In this document: one piece after another, positions 19,093 to 30,894 of the stretch | Numbering within the stretch: the stretch's first letter is position 1 | How the letters are laid out: each line of letters begins with the position of its first letter | Assembly (NCBI GenBank): GCA_043228905.1 | Contig: JBHGNT010000001.1 | Coordinates: 6,262,001-6,326,000 of the forward strand | Source: Azolla caroliniana | Lineage: Eukaryota > Plantae > Polypodiophyta | Direction: 5' to 3' | DNA: 64,000 nt | Notes under the pieces: model-generated | Seen by the model: the letters and a program-made list of their open reading frames with translations, nothing else | What the model was told of the DNA's origin: nothing | Databases searched by the model: none | Made by a program: the position numbers and the translations under genes

Positions 19093-22000
19093 AAGACGTA
19101 TGGTTCGTTGATTCCGGTGCCTCGAACCATATGACATCGCATCAAGAATGGTTTCGAGACCTTCGAGAGCCGGACCGACCCGGCTATGTCGAAACCGGAG
19201 ACGACACTACGCACTATTCGGCACATTGGCAATGTTCCGTTCGGAAAAGAAGGTAAGAAAAATTACATAAAAAATGTCTTGCATGTACCGACCATTACGA
19301 AGAATTTGGTCTCCGTCGGCCAAATTGTAGAGCAAGGGATGCAAGTTCGATTTAATCAAGGCGGTTGCTTCATCGAAAAAGAGGGCCGACTCATTGCACG
19401 CGGACGAAGAGAGGGCCGGATGTTCATTCTCGATTCACGCGAGATGAAATCCGCCATGTTCGCGAAAAACACGAAAGCCGACTCTGACATAGAGCTATGG
19501 CACAAGCGAATCGGCCACATCAATCTCAACAAACTCAAAGCAATGAAATCGAAAGGAGTCGTCATCGGACTCCCGACATTCAAAGAGAAGGAGATTGAAG
19601 GTGTATGCGAAGCGTACCAATTCGGCAAGCAACACCGACACCCATTCCCAAAAGAGCGGAACGTGAGCAAAGGTCTACTCGACGTAGTCCATTCAAACGT
19701 ATGGGGACCGGCGCAAACGGCTACATTTGGCGGATGCCGATATTACGTGCTCTTCATCGACGACTTCTCTAGGCACACTTGGATCTACCCGATGCGGCAA
19801 AAGAGCAAAGTGTTCGGACACTTCCAAAATTTCAAGAATGAAGTCGAGAAAGCCACGGGCCGACATGTACAATACCTTCGATCGGATGGCGGCAAGGAGT
19901 ACTTCTCGGATGATTTCACGACGTATCTCCGAAAGGAAGGAATTCGGCGAGAATTCACTTGTCGACACACTCCGCAACAAAACGGAGTAGCCAAGCGCAA
20001 AAATCGGCACATCCTCGAAGTAGCGCGGGCCATGATGAACGAGAAGCATATGCCCAAGTCATATTGGGCCGAAGCTGCAAATACGGTCGTCTACCTAATG
20101 AACCGGTGCACAACATCCGGCATGCACGAGGTCACTCCGCACGAAAAATACTTCGGAAAGAAGCCAGACTTATCGCACATCCGGATATTCGGCGTGATAG
20201 CGTACGTGCACATCCCGACAAGAAGCGTCAAAAGCTTGAACCGAAGTCGGAGAAATGTATCCTCGTAGGATACTCACTCGAACAAAAGGGGTACAAGTGC
20301 TACAACCCCTCAACTCGAAAATCTCGAGTAAGTCGAGACGTCGTTTTTGACGAGTCCGCATCCTGGTACGCACCAGAGACAACTTCGCCTCCGACTCCGC
20401 TCGACCCGGAATTTGCCGAACAAGAGATCGAGGATGAAGATCGCCCGACTGAAGTCTGATCACAACACGATTGAGCAGACTTGAAGAGCCTTTGAGCGAT
20501 CAAAGCACATCACGGCCTAGCCCGAAGATGGACAAAGGCAAGGCGAAAATGGCGGAATACGAAGACGATCACTTCAACGACGATGAGTCGATTCACTCAC
20601 TCGACAGTGAGTTCGGCGGCTTCGAGGTGTCAATCAGAGCTAAGAAAGCCCTCATCTCTGCAAATGAAAAACTCCGCCGATCCACTCGAGAAAAGAACCC
20701 CGTAAGACGATTCGGCTACAATGATTATATGGCGTACCATTACGTCTTTATGATGAAGGTAGCAACAATACGGGAGCCGGAAACCTTTTCCGAAGCGGCC
20801 AAGCATCCGTGATGGATCGACGCAATGAACGAGGAGATGCACGCACTACGGAAGAACGAGACGTGGGATCTCGTTCCCACCTCACCACACAAAAAGGCGA
20901 TTGGATGCAGATGGATCTACAAGGTGAAGTATAACGTTGATGGCTCCGTAAACCGCTACAAAGCTCGACTCTTAGCAAAAGGATACGCTTAGACACATGG
21001 TGTCGACTACGAAGAGACCTTTGCCCTGGTAGCAAAGATGACGATGGTGCAGACCGTAATTGCGATTACCGCGGCGAAAGGGTGGCACCTCCATCAAATG
21101 GACGTCAAGAATGCCTTTCTACAAGGCAAATTAGAAGAGGAGGTGTACATGATCCAACCACCCGGCTTCAACTCAAGCACTCATCCAAAAGTTGTATGCC
21201 GACTCAAGAAGCCACTCTACGGCCTCAAGCAAGCACCGCGTGCTTGGCATTCGAAGATAACGCAATATCTTCAACAAATCGACTTCCGTATGTCAAAATC
21301 GGACAACTCCCTCTACATAAGACACAATTTTGCAAGTCCGATCGTCATCATCTTATATGTAGATGACCTCGTCATTGGAGGTGAGCATCTCGTCGAAATC
21401 GCTAAGGTCAAATCCCTCCTTTACGACAAATTCGAGATGACAGGCATGAAGGAGCTCCACTACTTCCTCGGCATCGAGGTAATTCGGACTCCGTCCGGAA
21501 TCATGATCTCTCAACAGCACTACATCCTCAACTTGTTATACAAGTTCGGGATGGCTGAGTGCAAATCCGTGGCAACCCCGCTCGATCATAATCTCAAACT
21601 AGATGCGAACTCCGGCACCAAAGCGTGTGAGCCGACTCAGTATCGGCAACTCATCGAGAGTCTCATCTACCTCACGATCACTCGAGCCGATCTCAGTTAT
21701 CCGATCGGTCTCCTTAGCCAATTCATGCAAACACCGCGTGATACTCACTTGGATTGCGCTAAGCGAGTTCTACGATACGTGAGCGGCACAATGGATTGCG
21801 GCATCCTCTACAAGACCACGATGCCAATACGACTTGAGGGGTACACAGACGCTGATTGGGCCGGCTACAAAGCTGATAGAAGATCAACCGCCGGATTTGT
21901 TTTATCCCTCGGTAGCGGAGCAATATCCTGGAGTAGCAAGAAGCAGCCTACCGTCGCTCTTTCGAGTACAGAGGCGGAATACAAGGGTGCAGTTGTAGCT

Positions 22001-22320
22001 GCATGTGAAGGCGTATGGCTCAAGAGGATTTTGAAGGATCTGGGCGTACCCATCAAGGATTCGACTTCCCTTTACTGCGACAACATGAGCAGTATCTATC
22101 TGGCTCGGAACCCGGTGTTCCACGTGCGGACAAAGCACATCGAAGTGCACTATCACTTCATCTGAGAGCACGTTTTGGCTGGCGATGTCGACCTACAACA
22201 CATTAGCACCAATCTTCAAACGGCCGACATCTTCACTAAAGCCTTAGGAGCCGACAAGTTATGGCAATTCATGACCGATCTCAGATTGACGATCCCTGAC
22301 CTGTCGGGCTTGAGGGGGAG
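19093..22320 (+). pseudogene. copia-2 pol (protease, integrase, RT, RNase H) with stops and frameshifts
   Basis: WFVDSGASNH, LWHKRIGH, LRSDGGKEY, TPQQNG, QMDVKNAFL, LYGLKQAPRAW, LYVDDL, YTDADWAG, SSTEAEY, RTKHIEVHYHFI. Confidence 0.95.
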
Positions 22321-22593
22321 TAATGAAGACACTACGCAATAACGTGTGGATTCCGCAACCACACAACAGTCGATCTACCGCGCAAAGCTGCGAAGAAAGA
22401 TGCAAGCCGAAGCACAGACTTCGCAACTACGCACGCAAGCCGAATCACAGACTTCGCACAACGCAAGCTGGAGCACGGATTCTGCAACTCCGCATAAAGC
22501 GAGACGACGCAAGTCGACGCGGACTTCGGAACGCGAGTTGAAGCAGATTTCGGATACTATATGAAACCGACCCGACTTGAGCTTGAGGGGGCG

Positions 22594-22976
22594 TGTTGAG
22601 AATCAAGCTCAACTTGGTCTAGTGTGTGAACTCACCTTGAGAGTGAAGAGACACTCCAACGGTCAAGAGTCCCCATTATGTCACCACTTTATATTCTAGC
22701 ATTTAGTATGAGTCATAGAATCATATTCTATAACACATAACTTATGAGCTTTCACATTCCCCATGCTCCATGAGGCTTGTAGTTAATGAAGAGAGAGGGT
22801 GACTATATAAAGCACCCTCCTCCAACCTTGTATAATGTTGAGTCTTTCTCCTTTGTCAATATACTTTTACCTTGCGTATTCTCTGTGTTACACACACACT
22901 CTCTCTCTCTCTCTTACACACACACATAACTCACATCTCTTCCGCTTCACAAGAATCCATCTCTTGATTCTTTACA
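22594..22976 (+). repeat. copia-2 3' LTR
   Basis: Direct repeat of 3971-4331, preceded by PPT TGAGGGGGCG. Confidence 0.95.
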
Positions 22977-22981
22977 ATAAT

Positions 22982-24154
22982 TATACATGGTACGGTCTTT
23001 TCTCACCTTTGGGCATTTTAATAGGTGCCAGGGCTTACACTGATGAGGGTACAATAAGATTTTATGAGGTTGGAGATGTTGGTCTTCTATATTTAGTGGA
23101 AGAAGAAGCTGAAGTTATGCAACTAGCCTCCCAAAAACCCATTAGGGTAATTGCTAGGTTAGACAAGAAGATTTTCCTAGATCCTAACCCTTTTTTGGCT
23201 GACCACGCACGACAACTATGGGCATTTCAAAGTAAGCCGGTGGAACACCTTAATTGGGATCCGGCTGATTACGCATGGTGGTTGGTAGGAAGGTCTTCGG
23301 CAAGTGAACAAGAAAGTAGAACTCTTCCTTTTTTCCAGTATTTTGTGGCCTACAGGAGACGCTTCTTGTTGCAACGCCATTCTATAACTCCTGTTGCACA
23401 AAAGTATTGGGAGTCAGGTGCAATATCGCCTCAATATTTGGCAGCTTATTGGAAAGGTCTATGGACTTTACCATGTTTGCAGAGAGCCATTTCTTTTAAG
23501 TGGTTATTACTTCATTATGCTTTACTTGTAGGTTGGCATCTAAAAGGACATGTTCATGATCGTCGTTGTGTGTGTTGCCAATTACAGGAGGAGACTTTGA
23601 AACATTTGTTTTGGACTTGTATTGCAGCTCAACAATATTGGGGAAGAATATTAAGGTTGTTTTCTTGTAAATATAGAGGAGCGATTTTTACATGGGGAGC
23701 TGTTTTTGGGGGGTCTTTGGATGTCCAAGTATCCATGTACAAGGGGGAGCAATGTGTGGAAACATTGCATGTGTCGGAGAATAGAATTGAAGCAGTTCTC
23801 CCGAATAGTCTAGGTGGTAAATATTTTAAAAAGTCTTTTGTTTGGAATATTGTCTCGATTAATGCTTTATGGGTGTGGTGGAAGTGTAGGTGCAGCAAGA
23901 AATATGAAGGTATCGAGTATAATGTGGTGGATATGATAAAGATGTTATGGGATAACTTAGTACATACAGTTAAGGGAGAGTACGATAATATTAAAGGACC
24001 ATCAGAAAAGGTGCTTAAGAAAAGAAGAAAAATTCGTCAGACATGGTGGCCAATACCTCTATGGTTGGATGGGACACATGAAAACTGTTGGAATTATGTG
24101 TCACCACGATGGTTGTTTCCTCCGCCTAGTCCTTTCTTATTTCAAAGCACATAA
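22982..24154 (+). pseudogene. LINE ORF2, 3' part with zf-RVT-like Cys/His region
   Basis: YWKGLW...FKWLLLHYAL...CVCCQLQEETLKHLFWTC...PRWLFPPP. Resumes directly after the copia-2 TSD. Confidence 0.88.
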
Positions 24155-24429
24155 CAACATAACTTGTTGATAAACATAATAATTCTTTTCTTTGTTGGAA
24201 AAGGATGTTGCTATGGGAGGAAGAAGTGTTCCTACAGTATGATAGGGAGATATTTATATATTTCTATTCAAAGTAATCTGTATTGTTTGATACTTTTCGA
24301 CAGGTTTGTTACTTACCTAATGGACTATGAAGCAGTGTCGTTGGACATGATAAGTGATGTTGTTGGTGGAAATCAAGGACATGGCAAGCCAAATTTGGTG
24401 TCGATTAGCGAAATGGGGAGATGGTTGTT

Positions 24430-25245
24430 GTGGACGTAAGAAGCAAATTCTTTTTGAGCGACAAGGATGAGTGTAGATGGTGTGGGGGTTGAAGCATATT
24501 ATTATGAGCAGGAATTTGGTGGTAATCGGCAAGAGGGTTGATGTGGAATTAAGAAGCAAAATTCTTTTGAGGGATAAGGAGGAGTGAAGATGGTGTGGGG
24601 TTTGAAGCATAGTACCATGAGTTGGTGAGGGAGTGTTTTACACTAATATGTTTGTTTTCTATATATCAAGATGCTTGATGGAAGTTGAAAATGGACAGAT
24701 GGTTGATGTTGAAAACGAAGCAGATTTTCTATAAAGATGATGTTGGAGGGTGAAGCAGATTTTTATGAGTGTCTAAGGAGAGTGATTCATTCGATTTTTT
24801 GATGGTGTAGGGGCTGAAGCATACTTTCATGAGGGGAGAAGGAGAGCACATTGGATGTTGGTCATTGTGTCTTCCAATCTCAAGGACCTCCGTAGCAAAA
24901 GATGACATTGTTGATATGGACAACGAAGCACATTATCTATTTCTGACAAGGATGAGTGACGATGGTGTCGGGGGAAGAAGCATAATTTCATGAGGGTACC
25001 CGGAAAGTAGTGTCATTATGTTTTTTGTATGTACAAGGCTTTGGTGGTCTACGACGAGAGATGGTTGAGGTGGACTTTGGTGGTAATTGGCTAGATGTTG
25101 GATGGGGAAAATAAAACAGATTCTTTGTTTGATAAGGATGAGTCATGAGGTTGGCGGGGGTTGAAGCATACTTCACAATGGGAGAGTAGACTCATTTTCT
25201 TTTTTTGTTTTATGAGTGTTGATGGTGTGGACTTCTAAGCATTTT
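24430..25245. repeat. Degenerate array of about 6 copies of a motif AAGGATGAGTG...GATGGTGTGGGGGTTGAAGCATA
   Basis: Copies near 24441, 24553, 24757, 24926, 25114 and 25211, with irregular spacing. Confidence 0.7.
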
Positions 25246-25739
25246 TTCGAGGGTCGACGACAATACATGTTTTGAGGCTTGGAGATTTTTAATGTTTTTA
25301 AGACACAACAACTCAGGCCAAATGGGTTGCTTTCATCGGAAGACATTGCTTGACTTCAGACATTGGAATTAGTTGATAAAGTGATCTCATTACAGGATTT
25401 ATGCAGCTGGTTGATTTTGAAGGCATTTCTATTGTCAAAAGTTGAGGGCCAATATGGAAAAATGAAGCTCGAAAAAGTTGGATACTCTGAGATGTTGTTT
25501 ATATTTTGACTATGGTCTTCAATACTTTTGTCTATGGTCTTCAATACTTTTGTCTGCAACATGAAGTTTTTAGAAACCATGACAAGGGGCAAAGGAAGAT
25601 GTGTTTCAAACGCTTCTAACTACAAATGTGGCCATTTGGAATGCAATCATGATAAAATGGAATTGTTTTTACATGATGGAGATTGTTTTTTCCTTTACAT
25701 GTGGTCTCCTAGCTTGCTGTAGCTATTGACAAGGGAAAA

Positions 25740-27520
25740 TAAATTCACGGTGACATTGTGGATATGGCTCTTGTGGATAATGATATGATGGTATTGGGCA
25801 ATGCTTCGATGGACATGTATGACAAATGTGGTAGGTTTGGAACAACAAAGGAAGTGCTGGAAAAGTTTGTTTTTCAAGATTTGAATAGCTTGGAATGCAC
25901 TCATTATAACATATGTCCATCATGGACAAGGCCACAAAGCATTCAATTCATTTGAATAAGTGCAAAGCATGGGCATTTCTCTGATTTGGATAAGTTTTCT
26001 AGCAAAGAATAACCATTTTGGAAGTAGTTTAGTATAGATGTACGCAAAATGTGTTGACTTAGTAAAAGTTGAACAAGCTAGGAAGACTATTGTTGCTTGG
26101 AATGTGTGCATCACAGGATGCATTCAATGTGGCCAATCTTATGATGCCATAAAATGGATTATTTTATTCCACCTTATGTGTCTTTGCTCAAGGCTTGCAT
26201 TATGTTGCAAGATCTTGAGACTATATATACGAAATGCGACTTTTTTGTAGAGGCACTCAATGTGTTCAAAAGACTTCCATTACAGAATATAGTCTCTTGG
26301 AAAACACTGGTTTCAGGATATGCTCGAAATGAGCATGGAGAGGATGCTCTTATATGCCATTCACGTATGGATTAAAAAGGTATATCTCTGAATGTTGTGG
26401 CCTTTGTTTGGGGCTTGAAAACATGTGGAAGTATTTGAGTAGTAGAAAAAGGACAAGAGAGTGCACAACAGTATCTGCAAATAGGGTTTGAAACATGATC
26501 TTGTATGGTTTATTTCCTAAGTGGACAACACTTATCTCAGGGTATGCTGAGCAGGACTACCAGTTTGATCAGTTATATAGTCTTGTGGAACACACCGCTT
26601 CCAAGATATGCTCCATTGTTTTACACAGATTCAATTAGATGGTTTATTTTCTGAGTGGACAACATTTATCTAAGGGTAATGTAGTATCTTGGACTGCATT
26701 AATTTGTGAATATGATGAGTATGGTTATGTTGAAGAGCTTCAATATATGCTAATCTAGATGCAAATGGAGGGTGTAGCCCCAAAGCTTTCAATCATCTCT
26801 CATTTTGGTAAAACAAGGGCTCAATAGTTTTGGTCTTACGTGGTGTAATGGATTTCAATTGTTATGTTGGCTTCATGCATTTCGGCATTTTCTTGAAGTA
26901 TACAATCTTTTTGAAGACAACACTTAACTATCCCTTGACTCAAACAGTTTGTGGTATGGTTTGGTGTGGACCCATATTGGCAATATGGGCAATTTTAAAT
27001 GGAGATTTAGAGAGAACCAACTCATCTTCGAATGTTTGAAATAGGATTTCAATTGTTGTGTTGGCTTCATGCAGTTTGGCATGCTTCTTGAATTATACAA
27101 TCTTTTTGAAGACAACAATGAACTCTTCTTGGACTCAAACAATGTGTGGGAATATGAAGGATTTGCTTACTGTGGTAGTAGAGATATGTGGAACATGAAT
27201 TTAGTGAGATAACACTCTCCCTCTTTGTTCAAATGCAAAGACTTGCGTCACACTTGTTTGTTGCCTGAAAGCATGTGGTAGCATTAGAGCTACATTAGCA
27301 GGCAATGAAATTCACCAAGAGATTGTACAAAAAGTTGTTGAAATATATTATTTCATTGGCAATACATTAGTAGATATGTAGGCGAAATGTGGGTCACTTG
27401 TCGAGGCACAGGTAGTATTTCACAGGCTTTCAACCTAGGAACAAGTCTCTTGGAATGCATGATTGCAAGATATGCTGAGAATGGGAAATTTGAGGAAATG
27501 CTCAATCAATTTCATCAAAC
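25740..27520 (+). pseudogene. Fragmented PLS-class PPR pseudogene
   Basis: VLGNASMDMYDKCG, MYAKC...VAWNVCITG, EALNVFKRLPLQNIVSWKTLVSGYARNEHGEDAL and FIGNTLVDM*AKCGSL motifs in shifting frames. Confidence 0.8.
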
Positions 27521-27674
27521 GAAGGATCCATGGTTAGCCATTGTCTTACACAAGATGGGCTTGGGAAGGATAGTCACTTCCTTTCCAACTATTTTGTATT
27601 TTGTCGTTGATATGCCTTTTTTAAAACTAATGGAAGGATATGTTTAGAAAAAAGAAAAAAAGAAAAAAATGTGA

Positions 27675-28102
27675 AGACGCAGACACACCGACATTTTACG
27701 TGGAAAACCTGAAATGGGAAAAACGATAGGGGTCCACAAACCCCGAGAAAACGGATCACTATAGTAGAGAGGAAGTACAAATACGGAACTCGGAGGCAGC
27801 GACCTCAAGTTCTCCTTCGTCTGACAAACGGCTACAAAGTTACACTCTCACTCTCTCACTCACAGTTACAGAGGCAACTACCTCGTTCTAACTTTTTCAA
27901 TAATGGTCACTAACTCTCACTATAAAGTTTGGCCTAGTTGCTTATAAACCAAAGCAACTTTCTGGCTATTTACAAGTATAGCCCCTGGGAGACTTTTTTT
28001 TGACTATTTACAATTATAGTCTTCCGAAATGGTTTCGGTTTCTATTTCGGCTCGACTGACACGGTCCTTCTCTTCCCATCCGGAGGGACATGTTTCCCAA
28101 CA
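27675..28102 (-). repeat. copia-1 5' LTR, distal part
   Basis: Follows the second TSD copy, contains TTTACGTGGAAAACC and ends TTCCCAACA, an inverted match to TGTTAGGAA at 2416. Confidence 0.8.
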
Positions 28103-29829
28103 AATTGGTCTATGCAATTGTAAGAAATACTATTAGAAGTTTGTTACAGATTCTTGGAACTGTGAGTGTGTGCACATGTACTTATTATATATAGATTTTG
28201 TAGTTCTTCCAATGTCTAATAGTGTTTCTTTTACAAACTATTGTTGAAGGTTTAGAAATTAGAATGAAATTGGATACCCATGACATGGCAATGAGAAAGT
28301 CCAAGAAGCTAGTGAGAAAGTTACAAAAGCAAAAAGTTGATATCATCGCAATGGATACTAGTGGTCAAACGATGACTAAAAGAGAAATAAAATGTTTTCT
28401 AATTTGGAGCTAGGGTACTAGATCATGAATGACTAAATTATCTCGAAACATTAAGAGAGTTTTGGGGAATTATCTCTGATATCAACATGTATGCATGCAT
28501 AAAGATGTGCAAACCTTTGTAGTAACATTTAAGATGGTGAAGCATACTTGACAATTTAACATGGGAATGAATTCCATCTCATTTACCCCTCCACTACAAA
28601 TAGGGAGTGCATCTCATGACCATGTTATTACAAACAAGAGAGAACTTTTCTAACCTAATATTTTATATAATTTTTTGAAATATGCTTGAGCCCAAGTCAA
28701 AAGTATAGTAGGCTTATTGTTTCATAAGTTACATGTTTAATTTAAATTCATCAAGGGCAAAAGAAACAATGATAGAGGTTCCTTGGGCACAATGAACATC
28801 AAAAGAAATCCCACTCAAGCCATTTTGTTGTCTTCTTACATATGATTTCTTCTTTTATTCGATGTCTCTTGGTACTACTTTAATGTTTCAACAAATTGTA
28901 GAAGTGTACTTTGACAAACTCAATTTTTTCTATTTGATGTTAATAAGTTTACTACAACTTCCACCATAGTTTAAACAGAGACTTTGCAATAAGGTACATG
29001 AAAGAATGCTCCATCATATTAAATTATATTATGGTAATCCACTTGACACCATAGGTAAATTTTATGTCATAGTACTTTGATGTGGATTTTGAGATTCTTC
29101 ATATTTGGGGGAAGGTAGTAAAAACACTTATAGATGATAGAGTTAAGGAACTTATTGCTCCCCATGAACTCTATGGGGGAGATTCCTCCCAAGTCCACTT
29201 TATGCCCTTTGCAACACATTTTCTTCTTCCTCCTTTTTTTTGTTGAAGATTCACCTTGGTATTAATTGAAAGATTCCCAAAGGCTACAAAGAACTCATAC
29301 ATGAAAACACAACCAACATGTCGAATAACAGAAGCCCTCACGCAACTACCTTAGAAATTGCATTGCAAAGCCATTTTCATGTTGATAATGTTAGATCTAA
29401 GCCTAACATGTCTACCCAACTTGTGTTTTTATCATACCAAGGACACTTTCATGTAGAATCTAACAAAGCATAGGGGATAACAAAGTATGTATGGCTCTCC
29501 TTCCTAGAAGTAAGACAACTATTTTAGGCTTGGTAAAGTTAATAACATACTTAACTTCCTCACAATCCTTCTCTAATGTATACGTGAATTAATCATAATC
29601 CTTCACTAACGCTTCATATGTAATAAGAGCATCTCGAAGGTTGTACACATTCAAACAACATTTTGAAATCATCTATGTAGATATTCAAAAGAAAAAGAAA
29701 TGGAAGCCCCAATCATTTCACTTATTAAAATTGAGGGGCATTCATTACTAAACAATGATAGAAAGGGGAACAATAAGTAAAATGATTCAATATTTTCGAA
29801 ATCATCATGCTCATATTTTTAGTAATCAA

Positions 29830-30700
29830 TATTTTAGGTCAATGTTCCCATAACATGCTCCTCAACATTATTCTCGTTCAATTTTCTCTTGGGGTGGAGT
29901 ATTATGGGGCATCCTTCATGGAGATGTTATGAGGTATGAAAATACGCATGCTTCTCATGTCTTTCACATCTCCCATGAACATCTCTCCCTCACCTCATTT
30001 CCGTCTTCTATTCGACGATTTAAAATTAAAAATCTGGTTATTTGGCGTACTATTGCATTGTTGGCTCTTTGGATGATATGGAAAGAAATACGTGATTTTG
30101 TTTTTAACAATGCTCACATACATCTCCACACTATGCTTATTGAATTCGTGGATGTATTTGTCCACACACTACGTGGTCAATATGATGATTTGCAGGGTTC
30201 GATTGATGTTTTGTGGCCTTCAAAAACCGATGGCAAGGACTTCACTTATTTTCGGATACAACTTCTGGTTTGACGTGAAATTATGTCGTACCTTTTTTTT
30301 TTGAATGAAAGATACACCTTAGTATATTACTTGAGAAATGTACATATAGAAAACAGAAGGAGACATTTCATCTCACCTTTATTGTAATACAAAGTCTAAT
30401 ACCAACATCTGATCAAACAGATGATATCATATAAGAAACAAGTGGAGCACAAACTACAAGCTATGCAATAAAAAAGAAGGTATGGCATAATTCCACCTCA
30501 TACTAGAAGTTGTATCTGAAAAGTGAAGCCTTCGCCACCATTTCTTAAAGTCCACTTGTTTCATATCTAACATCATCTGTTTGATCATATGCTTATACCA
30601 GCCTTTGTATCACAATAGAAGTGAGATGAAATGTCTCTGTCTATTTTCTCTATGTACAGTTCTCAAGTAATATACTAAGGTGCATCTTTCTTTTAAAAGA
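29830..30700 (+). mobile_element. LINE 3'-end remnant with an antisense copy of the same 3' end inside it
   Basis: FSWGGVLWG...LLALWMIWK...FVHTLRGQYD resembles the ORF2 C-termini at 23-24 kb and 32.6-33 kb. Segment 30292-30550 is a reverse-complement relative headed by poly-T. Confidence 0.7.
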
Positions 30701-30894
30701 ATGTGCCTTATGTTTTCACAAAATAATTGAACCAATAATCCTTGAAAATTTTAGACTATTTAATATGTCGTAGTAATGTGTCAATACCTATTCAATTGTT
30801 CACGAGTCAATGATTTTGTTCGTAAATAAAATCGAATTAGCATGATAATATTGATATTTGTAAAACTATGAGAGGTAATAAGAGATATGTTTTA

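Larger units (their letters stand above)
3971..22976 (+). mobile_element. Full-length Ty1/copia LTR retrotransposon (copia-2), defective, TSD ATAAT
   Basis: TG...CA LTRs at 3971-4331 and 22594-22976. ATAAT at 3966-3970 and 22977-22981. PBS TGGTATCAGAGC. Gag-PR-INT-RT-RH order. Confidence 0.97.
2505..27660 (+). mobile_element. 5'-truncated LINE (L1/Tx1-like) insertion with A-rich tail and 15-bp TSD
   Basis: Begins mid-RT (SIFDNIFLFWE, LDFEKAYDRVDW, GCPLAPFLF, FANDT). TSD AAGAAAAAAATGTGA at 2490-2504 and 27660-27674, with an A-rich tail just before the second copy. Confidence 0.85.
1..28102 (-). mobile_element. Ty1/copia LTR retrotransposon (copia-1, Tnt1/Tork-like), runs off the left edge; its 5' LTR is interrupted by a 25-kb nested insertion
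   Basis: Minus-strand gag (AYIRCFIDMSL, CFYCGKPG zinc knuckle), protease WVVDSGASFH and integrase (NGLAEGINRT, HLRVFGCLAYVHV, KLDPKSRPCIFLGY) fragments. PBS at 2401-2412. LTR halves at 2416-2504 and 27675-28102. Confidence 0.9.

Noticed and set aside
22835-22981. N-terminal extension of the 439-aa ORF as a new LTR-LINE fusion gene
   Set aside because: The first about 48 codons are copia-2 LTR microsatellite sequence that happens to be in frame, starting from a chance ATG; no other support.
24430-25245. Repeat-spacer pattern as a CRISPR-like array
   Set aside because: Repeats are highly degenerate and irregularly spaced, the context is eukaryotic and there are no cas genes.
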